From Fonticula alba ATCC 38817 (lineage: Eukaryota; Protista; Nucleariida), in NCBI GenBank assembly GCA_000388065.2, contig KB932205.1: 40,427 nucleotides of DNA. The stretch is one strand, 5' to 3'. Shown in pieces: positions 10,201 through 20,600 of the stretch; position 1 is the stretch's first letter; every line of letters starts with the position of its first letter. Made by a program: the position numbers and the translations under genes. The notes beneath the pieces are model-generated. The model worked only from the letters and a program-made list of their open reading frames with translations, was not told where the DNA came from and ran no database searches.

Positions 10201-11586
10201 GCCTGCCCGGACAAGTGCGATGCCTGCCAGGCCGGCTCACAGCAACAACAACAGCAACCGGACTGTGCCCCGGGCCCGGGCGGGCTGCTGGTCTGCGCGC
10301 CGCTCGGGTCCTGCGCCCGCTGTGTGCCGGGGCTGCTGCTGCTGGACGGCCAGTCATGCGTGCCGGCATGCCCGGTTGGCACATTCCCCGACGACCAGGC
10401 CCCGGTGCCGGTGTGTGCCCGCTGCGATGCCAAGTGCAAGGCCTGCAGCGGGCCGGGCCCGGGAGATTGCGAACGCGTGCCCGGGTCGAGCTCATCGCGC
10501 ATCGGCCTGGCCGTGGGCCTGTCGTTGGGCCTGCTGCTGCTGCTGATCCTGCTGATCCTCCTGGTGCTGTTCTGCGTTCGCCGGCGCGCCAAGGCCGGGC
10601 CCGCCGCCCTGAAGGAGCTGGACGCCGAGGACGCCACCATGCTGAACACCATCGTGGAGCTGGCCCTGCCGGGGACCATCCTGGTGGACATTGACTTGGA
10701 CTTCCGGCCGTTGGACGAGCAGCTGGGCGCCGGGACCCAGGCGTCGGTGTATGCGGCGCAGGCGATCGGCGCTGGCATCGCCGCGCGGCTGGGCACCCCG
10801 GAAGCCGTGGCCGTGAAGAAGATGCGGACCGAGGCCATGCAGCCGGTGCACTTCCTCATGTTCCAGAACGAGGTGGCGCTGATGTGGCTGCTGCGCGACG
10901 CGCCGAACATCGTCCGGCTGTTCGGGTACAGCGAGCAGCCGCCGGCCATCGTGATGGAACGCTACCAGACAGATCTGGACACGCTGCTGCACTCGGAGGT
11001 CCCCCTATCAAGCCTGCAGCTGGCGGACATCTGCCAGCAGTGGGCCACCGGGCTGGAGGCCATGCACGCGCACGGGATCGCCCACTGCGACCTGAAGCCG
11101 GGCAATGTGTTTGTGAGCCAGCGCCCGGACGGGGGCTGGCGCGCGGCCCTCGGCGACCTGGGCACCTCGCGGAACCTGAGCACCGACCGGTCGTCGGCCC
11201 TCATCAGCACCCTGCCCGAGCTGAATGCCATGACCGTGCGGTACGCCAGCCCGGAAGTGCTGACGGCCTTTGTGCGTGGGGTCCCTCTCGATCGGTCGCT
11301 CCTCCTGCCGGCGGACATCTTCAGCGCGGCGGTCATGCTTTGGGAGTGCCTCGCCCGGTCGACCCCGTGGCGGGGCATGGAGCTCTCTCATGTTGTGGAC
11401 GCCGTTCAAGCGGGCCGCCGGCTTCCCACCGACAGCCTGCCCACTGGCGGCTGCTTCGCCGGGTCGGTGGACCTGCTTGTCACCTCCTGGCAGGAAGATG
11501 CCTCCCGGCGTCCCAATGCCGGCACCTTCCGCCAGCGGTGCGCCATGCTCTTTGTGGCAGCCGGTGGCCTCGACGCCACGGCTTAG
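2439..11586 (+). CDS. Gene B: giant single-pass receptor Ser/Thr (TKL-like) kinase with furin-like Cys-rich stalk; corrected model join(2439..2810,2988..3230,3433..4216,4558..9079,10512..11586) = 2331 aa
   Basis: ATG 2439 is followed by a hydrophobic signal (LPLPLPLLPLLLLVMMLLA). The model has one intron (4217..4557), many CxxC-CxxC-CP(x)G repeats and a TM at 10501..10578. Kinase motifs are GAGTQASV, VAVK, FQNEV, HCDLKPGN, DLG and YASPE, with stop TAG at 11584-11586. Removing the three artifacts gives 6996 nt, an exact multiple of 3. Confidence 0.88.
2686..2987. other. Assembly artifact: 125-bp identical sequence on both sides of an N gap (2686..2810 = 2863..2987; N 2811..2862)
   Basis: Identical text flanks the gap. 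This is the pattern of an unmerged contig overlap. Confidence 0.85.
3231..3249 (+). other. Illumina TruSeq adapter fragment AGATCGGAAGAGCGTCGTG embedded in gene B
   Basis: It matches the start of the known adapter AGATCGGAAGAGCGTCGTGTAGGG exactly. It sits between two identical 183-bp copies (3048..3230 and 3250..3432) and translates as RSEERR. Confidence 0.95.
4217..4557 (+). other. Gene B intron 1 (phase 1)
   Basis: Donor GTGCGT, branch-like CTAAC at 4506-4510, acceptor CTACCAG. Splicing gives YLDRDSSSRECILC, and the position matches genes C, D and E. Confidence 0.85.
4242..4476. repeat. Intronic (CT)n plus about six copies of the 20-bp unit CTCTTCCCATCTCCCCCCCT
   Basis: (CT)n at 4242..4270 and the minisatellite at about 4360..4476 are read directly. 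Confidence 0.92.
6390..7403 (+). repeat. Diverged in-frame tandem duplication of a 507-nt (169-aa) multi-repeat cassette in the gene B stalk
   Basis: Landmarks recur at an exact 507-nt offset: Cys 6390/6897/7404 and GLVFL 6591/7098. The motif order GLVFLxPDPxxASLC..CPPG..RCTEC..SCALC..RWA..PP..GAT..C.PCD.GCASCT.D.CL occurs twice. Confidence 0.9.
7658..10511. other. Probable assembly artifact: 1422-bp apparently identical direct duplication (7658..9079 = 9090..10511) across a 10-N gap (9080..9089)
   Basis: The offset is a constant 1432 nt (ORF pairs 8137/9569 and 8377/9809). Removal fuses the two ORF-track frames and restores an intact TM helix. Confidence 0.85.
10501..10578 (+). other. Gene B transmembrane helix (IGLAVGLSLGLLLLLILLILLVLFCV), followed by RRR
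   Basis: Hydrophobic 26-mer followed by a basic stop-transfer segment. Confidence 0.92.
10702..11560 (+). other. Gene B protein kinase domain, non-RD, intronless
   Basis: HCDLKPGN at 11083..11106 and DLG at 11155..11163. VAVK Lys, alphaC Glu and the SPE motif are present. Confidence 0.93.
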
Positions 11587-11742
11587 GCTGGGCCGGCTCT
11601 CCCCCTCCAAGCAGCGCCAAATGTAGACTAGATTTCCCCCCTGATCCAGTGGAGCAGGCAGCAGGAGCAGGAAAGGATCCGACAAAGGGCGGGCCGATGG
11701 ATTGCGGGGGATTTGCGCCGGGCCCTGCCCGAGGGGAAGACG

Positions 11743-11743
<1 letters not shown>

Positions 11744-11775
<32 letters not shown>
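11744..11775. repeat. Poly-G tract (32 nt) downstream of gene B
   Basis: Read directly from the sequence. Confidence 0.9.
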
Positions 11776-11777
<2 letters not shown>

Positions 11778-11856
11778 AACTGGCGCAGGGCAGCCCAAAC
11801 TCCCAACGCAAGCCCACGCGCAAGAGATGCCAGCGGGCTGGGATATGTTTGAGGGT

Positions 11857-11862
11857 AATAAA
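11857..11862 (+). terminator. Possible polyadenylation signal AATAAA about 270 nt after the gene B stop
   Basis: The hexamer lies in an AT-richer patch of otherwise GC-rich DNA. There is no transcript evidence. Confidence 0.3.
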
Positions 11863-14670
11863 AATGAAGCTGCGCATCGGGTTTTCCGATGTCCGGGCGC
11901 CCTCGCCGCCAGAGGGGCCCGTGTCAAAGAACTGGCTGGTCCCCCCCCTCGGAGGCGGGAATACCTGCGTCAGTTTGAACTCCTGTATATCGTGCACCCT
12001 GCTTCCCCGGCCATGGTGGCGGCTCGTGTGTCTGTGTTCCCTTTCGATGGGGGACTGTGGCAAACCAGCGGGTGGGAGGAACCCGGGGGGGGGGGGGGGG
12101 GGGCACCCCTTTTTCAATGCTCCGAGCAGATGGTCCGCGCCTGCCTCTCACCTGCGGGGGAGGCCGCCACCGGATGTTCCCCGGCGGGAGGACTCACCGC
12201 CATGGCAGGCGAGAAACAACGCCGGATATCCCCCCCTCCCCCGGCTATCGGCTTGTGGGGGACCGGGCTATGGCAGGGCTCTAGTTTTGGCCCCTTTCGC
12301 GGACCCCCCCCCCCCCCCCCCCGTGTCCGGGCCGGCCTTCGTCTCGCCGCTGGGCCTGCCTCTCAGCGGGCTGGCCTTGTGCTGGCCGTGTCTGCTGCTG
12401 AGGGATTCAGACGCCGGGAGCCAATCGAGCCTGGACCACCATCGCCAAGGCCAGCGGCACATCCCCTGCCCTTGTGGAGAAGGACGGCGCCAGAGTCCGG
12501 GCGAGGCGCGTGCGTGACGCTCCAGGGCCGGTCCCGAGCATGCCAAAGGGCGGCATGGAAAAAGCTGGGCCAGGCCCTCCTCCCAGGAGGTCAGCAGGCA
12601 TGGGCCGGGCGTGCGGCGGAGGGTGGGCACGGAGCCCGGCCTCGGAAGGGGGAGTGACATGTTGAGGAGGGGCACCCGCGGAGAGCGCCGCCGTCGAGCG
12701 AGGCAAACCGCCCCACATCAGGGCCCAAGGGGGCGTCTCTGTAGCTGGGTAGGCCGCACATGCGAAGGCCCGGGTGGAGGATCCTTCTCGGTGTGGATGT
12801 GTGGATGTGTGCGTGTGGACGCGGATGTGTGGATGTTGCCCTCCGGACACAAGCTCCCGCGGCGCCCGAGCCCCGCACCGATGGATGGGGCGTGGCAATT
12901 CCACAGGCCGAAAGGCCGGACACATCGCGCATTGGTGCCGGGCCCGCCGCCGTTCTCGCTTCCCGCCGGGCGCGGAGCTAACTCCGGCGCCGGGCAAGCG
13001 CACACCCTCTGCCCGGGCAGGGCGTGGGGCCGCCCAAATGCGCGCATCCACCGGGTCAGAATCAAGTGCAGTCTGGCAGATCCCTGGCGAGGGTCCCCCG
13101 CCCCCCTCGCCGGCCTTTCTCCCGGGCCCCCGGAAGCCCATGCATCGGCCCAAGCCCGCGGAGATGGCCGGCACCTGGCCGGCGCCACTGCCTCGGCTCC
13201 GGCCCCTGTGCGCGCTTGACCGGCCAAGTCCCAATGACCGGCCTGTTTCCCGTGGATGCAGACTTGCGCCGAGGCAGGGCCGGCCGTCCGCCGCCCCGAG
13301 GGAAGCCCGATCGCGCACCGTGCCGATGCCAAAGACGCAGGGGACATGAGCCGCCCCGGCGCGGGGCCACCGCCCGCGGGGTGTGGGGCCTGGCCGGGGC
13401 GAATGTCACATGCCTGGTCACGTCCACCGACGGAGAGGGCACACATGGCACGCCCGGTCGGCGAGTGCCACCATATGACGCATGCGAGCGTTCAGCTGAC
13501 TGTCGGAGGCGACCGGCCCTCGCCGCACGCCACACTGCAGGTGACCAGTGCGTGGCATGCGTCCGGGCCCCCTTCCCGGTTTCATGCGTCCACGGAGCCT
13601 GGCGATGCCTCGGCGACGAGGCCCCACCGGGCGGCGCTTCGATGTTTTTCGGTCCCTCTCCCGCGCGCACGCGCACGGGGGACGCGCGCGCCGCAGCCAG
13701 CCGCCCTGCCGGTGGACCTCCAGTCCCAAGGCCGCGGGGCCACGCATTTCGATGCCGGCACCGGAATCCCCCCTTCGCGGCGCCCGCGCCAGGGCGACTA
13801 CACGATGCGCGACTTTCCCCCCCCCCCCCCCCCATGTGGCTGGCCTGGCGCGCACGCCCACCATATTCACGCATGCCAGCTGCTTCCCGTTTGCATGTTC
13901 CCTCCGCCCTGCGAATGGGGTTTTTGGCTGCCCTGCCTTCCACGCTCGCGTTGGGTTTCGGGCGTGGTGACGCCCGGCGCCTCCGGGGGAGCCCGGTCCG
14001 GAGACCGCACCCGCCCCCGCCCGCCCCTCAGCACCACCCCCCGTCAGGTGCTGCCCCAGGCGTGGTGGGATTTTTTTTTCATGCGCTGACACCGGGAGGA
14101 TTGTCTATTTCCCCCGGTCCTCGCTTGCCTCGCAAAGCATGCCCGCCCCGCCCCCCCCCCCGCTCTCCCTTTTTGCCCTCCCCGCCTCCCGATGGCCCGA
14201 ACTGTCGCTGTACCGGACCCCCCAGGGTCGGGGGGGGCCTTTTTTCATTGCACGTTAGAGGGGGGGGGGGGGGGGAGGCGGAGAGCACCCAACTGCCTGC
14301 GTGGGCGGCCGCGGGACCGGGAAAGCGCGGCGTAGACCCGAGCCAAGCGGCATCGACCCCTCCTGAACAAGGATGGGACCTGAAACAGCGGGCGCACAGG
14401 GGGTCAGGCGCGTCACGCGCACATCCTGCGCGATGCTGTGGCTCCTGCCCCGCCGAGGGGGAACTCTCCACCCGCTTGGGCGCCCATAAATGCCGTCTGA
14501 TCGGGGCCAATGCGCGCGAGCCGATACCACCATCTCTCTGCCCCACCCCCGCCCCCCGCCCCCCGCCCCCCTCGCCCCAGCCCCGCCCCCGCCCCGACGC
14601 CCTCCGCCTCGGCAGTCCCGCTCGCCCCATCTCCCCGCGTCCTCCCGGGCTCCGCCCCTGCTGGAGCATC

Positions 14671-17600
14671 ATGTCCTGGCCAACCGGAGCCGGACCCGGG
14701 GCCGGGCGGTTTAGATCCCGGGGCCGCCGGCTCGCCCCTCGGCTGATGCTCCTGCCGGGGCTGATGCTGTTGCCGCTGCTGCTGCTGCTGCTCCTGGCAG
14801 CGGCCACGCCCTCCAGCCAGTCGCTCGGCACGCAGGCCATCTACTTCTACGCGGCCCCCCAGCCGCTGGGCCTGATGCCGGGTTTCCTGGGCTTCGCCAC
14901 CCCGGTCGGCGCACCAACACTTGCCCTCACCATGGGCACCGATCACTATGTGTACGTGTATCAGCAGGCCCCCTTGCTAAGCCTGCCGCATGAATCCCGC
15001 TGGGGGGCCTTCTTTCCCAGTGTCTCGCGCAATGGCATGCTCTGCATGCAGCATTCCTCCGAACCGACGCACGCCCTGGATATGTGGGTCCTCGACTCGT
15101 CGCCCTCCGCCACCCCCATGGTCCTGGAGGTGAGCCCGACGCATGTCAGCCCCTGCGGCGGGGACACCGTCTTCGCCCTGCCGGACCCCGACACCGAACT
15201 CCTGGCTGCCCTGCCAACCAGCTACTTCGACGCATGCATCCTGGCCATGCTCGGGTCGCCGAATGGCCCGCGCACCGCGGCCATCTTGCAGATGACCATG
15301 GGCGAGACGCACCTCCTGGTGCAGGACCTCGACCTGGTCCCGCTGACCGGCAAGGTCCTGGCCGCCAGCGTCTCCCAGCTGACTTTCTACCTGGCCGCCG
15401 AGTCGCGTCTGTTTGTCGTGCGCAGCTCCCCCCACGCGGGCCCCGAGGTCGCGGAGCTCAACGTCCCGGCGGTGCCCGCTCGAGCCATGGTCGCGACCCG
15501 ACTATTGGACGATGGAAATGCCTGCCCGGCCGGGGACCTGATCCTTCTGCTGGACGACCGCCGGCTCCTGGTGTTCTCCTGCCTGGACGACCGTCCTACC
15601 GAGGCCACTTTTAGCGCCACCCTGCCGGCCACGGCCGTCGGCTCCGGGGGCCGCTTTGTCGCCCTCCGTACCGATGCCCTGCTCAACATGCTGTCGTATC
15701 TCCTGTATGTGGACGAGCCCCCGGCCGGGGGCGGTCGCCCGGGAGTCTGGCGCATGGTCCCGACCCCGGACAAGCTCGCTGTCACCTGGCAGCAGGTGGT
15801 GCTCCCGCCCGCGGTGGACCCCACCCGCCTGGAGGCCGTCACCCTGCTCATGGGGCCCGGATCCTACCTGCAGGCTCTTGTCGCCGACGGTGTGGCCCTC
15901 TTCGGGGGAAGCACCCTCGGCTGTTCGACCGACCCCACCATCCAGTGCGACACGCCCTCCGAGAGCACGCTCTCGCCCCTGGGCTGGCAGTGTGTCCCCA
16001 CCCGCGCCGAGTCTCCCTTCGCCGTGGTCGGCCAGCTGTGCGGCGGATGCGCCCAGGGGCACTTTCTGAATCGTCACGGTCGTGCCCGCCCCCCCNNNNN
16101 NNNNNCCCCCCCCGCCCTCCTTCGTCGCCCTCCCTCTCCTTTCAGCCCTTCCTTCTGCGCGTGCCCTTCCGCTGACTGGCATGCCCTTCCGGCCCTTCTC
16201 ATTCGCCTCCCCCTCGTCTTTTTTTCCTTTTGCCCGCCCGGCCTGGCAGTCAATGCTTGCGACCCCTGCCCGCTCGGGGCCCTGGCCTGCAACCCCTCCG
16301 AGCCGCTGGTCTGCCAGGAGCCCCTGCTGCTGACTCCCGGCTCGCCGGGGGCCATGTCCACCTGCACCGCGGCGTGCGCCGAGGGCTTTTCGGAGCTCGC
16401 CGGCGTGTGCCTCCCGCACCTCAACACGCCTGCCACCTCGCACGCCCTCCTGGAGGACTCCTTCTCCGATATGAACCTCGCCCCGGGGCTGGCGGTGACC
16501 ACGGTGGCTGACACGCATTTGGCCCCGGGCGATGGGTCGACCTACTTGATCCCGGGCTCGGTGATAGCCAACCCGCAGTCCCCTCGAAGTGGCGTCCTGC
16601 TGTTGGTGTCCGATGGGTCGGTGGCCATCATGCCGAGCTCGGCCATTGGCACCATGCACGCGCGTAGCCCGCCGGTGGCCAGGCCGCTGTCGGCCGGCTT
16701 GGTCCTGCCCCCGGCCAAGGCCTATGCGGAAGTTGGGCCCCATGTGAAGGGCGACATGGCCAGCCTGGGCTTTGCCCTCTGCCTGGAGGATGGCCAAGTC
16801 CTGACTGGGACATTGACCTGCCCGTTGGACACCTCCGGGCCGGCCCCCTACCAGGGCATTTGTTCGACCGACGGCCCTGTGTTCCTTATTCCCTTTTTCG
16901 GCGGCTGCACCACCCTGCGGCGCATCGGCCAGCATCAGATCCTCGTGCACACCCACGAGCCGGCCCGAATGCTGCTGATCTTCAACGGGAATTGGCACTG
17001 GCAGATGCTGCATCCCTCCATTGAGAGCATGGTCCACCTGCCGGCAATGGATCCGCCCCGGTCGGCCCCGGTCACCGGCAACCCCAGGATCGATGACTGG
17101 TATGTGCTCACCCAGCCGACGGGCCTGGCGACCGGGGTTCCCGAGGGCCTCGTCGATCTGGACCCCCGGTCCCAGGCCCTTGTCGGTGGTTTGTTGGCCG
17201 GCCCGGGCCCGGGCCCGGTGGTCGCCTCGGCGCCGGTGCTCTTGCTCACCTCCGGCGCCATCAGCCCCGGTCGCCCGGCCTGGCAATTGGCCATCACGCA
17301 CTTGACCACGGCCGGGGCCTGGGAGGCTGTCCTGCCGCCGGGGGATGTCATCCCCAGCGGGCGGACGGTCCAGCTGCCGGGGCTTCGCCAGCCGCTGGGG
17401 CTGGTGCCGGGCGGCGCGCCCGGCCCCGGGTCGCCACTGCACTTTCTATCCGTCAGCCTGACCGCCAACGCGGAGTACCCCTCGGCGCTGGTGCTTCTGA
17501 CCGAGCGCCTTGTCGGTGTCTCGCTCTTTTGGTGCCCGGTGTCCAGCGGCCCGTGCGTCCTGCTGCCGGCCTCCTTCACCACCTTCGCCGCGCCGATTCC

Positions 17601-20600
17601 GGACATCGGCCGCCAGGGCGTGGTCCAATGTTCGAGGGCCATTCTCACCCCCGGCCCCGGGCACCTGGTCTCGCTGCTGGCCATGTCCGATGTGGGCAAT
17701 CCGCTGCCGGTGCACCTGGACATCGTGGTCGACTGCCCGGCCGGCACCTTCGGCAAGGGCTGCACCTCCTGCCATGAATCCTGCCTTGTGTGCTCCGGGC
17801 CGCGGGCCGACCAGTGCACCCGCTGCCAGGCCTCGATGCCAGGCAGCCCGGGCACCTGTCTGGAAGCCTGCCCGACGGGCCTCTATCTCGATGCCTTTGG
17901 CGTCTGCCACTGTCACGAAACGTGTCGGAGCTGCGCCCCGGCCCTGCCCACCCCGGGGGCCGCCTACGAGTGCCAAGTATGCCAAGCGACCGACCATGCG
18001 CCGGTCCCCCTGGACCAAGGCCACAGCCCGGGCCAATGCCAGGCCTGTGACGACTCGTGCTCCGTGTGCTCGGTCCCGGCCGATGCCGAGGCATGCACCG
18101 TCTGCCCGCCCGGTCGGTGGGCATTGCTCCATCGCTGCGTGGAGGCCTGCCCGGAGGATCACTGGCCCGACGTGCCGGCCCAAGCCTGCAGGCCCTGCCT
18201 GGGCGACTGCGCCACCTGCCACACCGGCAGCACATGCGCCACCTGTCCGGCTCAGCACTTCCTCGGCGCCGACCTGCGATGCCATGCGTGCGATGGGTCG
18301 TGCGCCGGATGTGCCCAGGCCGGCAGTTGCACCGACTGTCGAGCCGGCCTGGTCTTCCTGTCGGTGGACCCGCAGCAGGCGTCCCTGTGCGGGAGCATCT
18401 GCCCCCCTGGCGAGTATGTCGGGCCCGGCCGATGCGCCACGTGCCACCCCTCCTGCCACTTGTGCGCCGGGTCCGGCACCGCCTGCCAGGTGTGCGCGCC
18501 GGGCTTCCGCTGGGCCGCCCCGGCGGCCCCGGGCCCCCATGGCACCGGGCTGTGCGTGCCCTGCCCGGCCGGGTGCGCCTCCTGCACGGCCACCAGGTGC
18601 CTGTCCTGCGAGGCGGGGCTCCTGCTGGGCCAGGACAACGGCTGCCTGGCGGCCTGCCCGGCCGGCGCCTATGGCACCGATGAATCCCGCCAGCCATGTG
18701 ATGTCACCTGTGGCACCTGCACCGGGGGCTCGCCGGACCAGTGCACCACCTGTGCCGGGGGGCTGGACTTTGTGGACGCCGGCTCCGGCGTCGGGGCCTG
18801 CACCTCCACCTGCCCCGAGGGGCAGTACCGGGAGGAGGGCTCCGGCACGTGTGTCGCCTGCGATGCCGCGTGCGCCGCATGCAACGGCCCCTCGGACACG
18901 GATTGCTGGCGGTGCCATGGGACCGTGCTGCAGGATGGCCAGTGCGTGCAGGAGTGCTCGCCCGGGCATGTGGCCGCCGGCGGCCGGTGCCTTCGGTGCC
19001 ATGTCTCCTGCGACCAGTGCGCCGGGGTCCGGTCCACCGAGTGCCTGCCAGCCTGCCCGGATGACCTGCTGGCCCTGCCAGCCGGGCAGTCGCCCGTGCG
19101 CTGTGTCCCCGCCTGCCCGGCTGGCCACCGGACCACCCCCTCCGGCTGCTCCAAGTGCACGGACCACTGTGCCAGCTGCCCGACGGATGAGTCGGTGTGC
19201 GCCCTGTGCGAGCGCGGCTGGCTCCTGGACAGCCCGGCGTGCGTGGACTCGTGCCCGGCCAACTCCCTACCCATGGGGGGCTTGTGCTCCACCTGCCACG
19301 CGAGCTGCTCCTCCTGCTATGGCCCGGGCCCGGAGCACTGCCTCGCATGCGAGCCGGGGGCCCCGTTGCTGGTGGCCGGCCGGTGCTATGCCGCCTGCCC
19401 GCCAGGGACCTTCCGCAGCGGCTCGGCCTGCCTCCCCTGCCATGGGACCTGCGCCGAGTGTGCCGACGGCCCGGGGCTCGATCAGTGCACGGCCTGCCCG
19501 GCGGGCCGGGCCCTGGTGCAGGCCACCGGCCGCTGTGCGGCCCAGTGCCCGGCCGGGTGGTTTGCCTCCGAAGCCCGGGTGTGCGTCGCGTGCCATCCCA
19601 CCTGCCAAACGTGCGAGCAGGCCGCCGCCTGCCTCACCTGCCGGCCGGGGGACCTCCTCCAGCCGGATGGGGCCTGCAGGGGCGCCTGCCCGGTCGGCTG
19701 GTTTGCGTGCCATGCCTCGGCCATGTGCACCCGCTGCCCGGGTGGCTGTGTCGAGTGCGAGCCGGTCGGCGCCACCTGCACGGCCGCCTGCACCGCCTGC
19801 GAAGAGGGTCGCCATTGGTCCGGTGGTGAATGTGTGACGCGCTGTCCGGCCGGGCAATTTGCGCCGGGCGATTCGCCCGCCTGCGCCCCGTGCCAAGGCC
19901 CCTGCAAGACGTGCGTCGGCCAGGGGACCTTCTGCACGTCATGCCATTCGGGCCTGCTCGAGTACGAGTCCGGCCGGTGTGTCAGCGCCTGCGAGGCGTC
20001 CGGCTTTGCCCCGGCGGCCGGGGTGTGCCTCGCCTGCTTGCCGGGGTGCGACCGTTGCACCGCCGGCCCCGGGCAGCCGGGCTGCGCCACCCGGCCGGAT
20101 GGGACCCTCGACTGCCCGAGCATCGTCGGGTGTTCCCGCTGTGTGGTCGGGCAATTCCTGGCCGACGGGGCCGTGTGCCTGGCCGAATGCCCGGCCGGGT
20201 ACTTCGGCAATTGGGACCCGGAGCATGGGCCAAGTGGCTCCTGCCTGGCGTGCCACCAGCAATGCGCCACCTGCAGCGGCCCCGGCCCGGAGCACTGCGA
20301 TCGCACGCCCGGCCCGGCCGGCTCACGCTTGGGCCTGGCCCTTGGCCTGTCCTTGGGCCTGCTCCTTTTGCTGGTCCTCATCATGCTGCTGGTGCTGTGT
20401 ATTGTCCGCCGCCGGGCCCAGGCCGGCCTCCGGGCCAAGGAGGCCGGCGATGCCGAAGATGCCACCATGCTGAACACCATCCTCGAGATGGCCCTGCCGG
20501 GGGCCATTCTGGTGGACGTCGGCATGGACTTCCGCCCACTGGACGAGAGCCTCGGCTCCGGCGCACAGGCCAGCGTCCACGCGGCCCAGTCGGTGGGCGC

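Noticed and set aside
10702-11560. Assignment as a receptor tyrosine kinase (EGFR/insulin-receptor-like because of the furin repeats)
   Set aside because: The catalytic loop is DLKPxN (Ser/Thr type), not DLAARN or DLRAAN, and there are no L domains.
2439-11586. Gene B as a pseudogene
   Set aside because: Every frame break coincides with an adapter, a gap-flanking duplicate or a canonical intron, and the corrected frame is intact.
12906-12917. GGCC-GAAA-GGCC GNRA hairpin as part of a ribozyme or ncRNA
   Set aside because: The stem is only 4 bp in GC-rich DNA, and I saw no hammerhead CTGATGA core or larger fold nearby.
14133-14144. 12-mer CAAAGCATGCCC shared upstream of genes C (14133) and E (33694)
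   Set aside because: The distances to the ATG differ (about 530 versus 100 nt), it is not seen before B or D, and a few 12-mer matches are expected by chance in this much intergenic DNA.
11600-14600. A hidden gene or transposon in the larger spacers (also 31440..33800)
   Set aside because: I found no transposase or RT motifs, terminal repeats or target-site duplications, only homopolymers and short imperfect repeats such as GTGGATGT near 12790..12836.
13024-14670. N-terminal ~550 aa of the 2795-aa ORF for gene C
   Set aside because: This is low-complexity GC-rich sequence starting at a non-ATG codon. The signal peptide and paralog exon-1 length point to ATG 14671.
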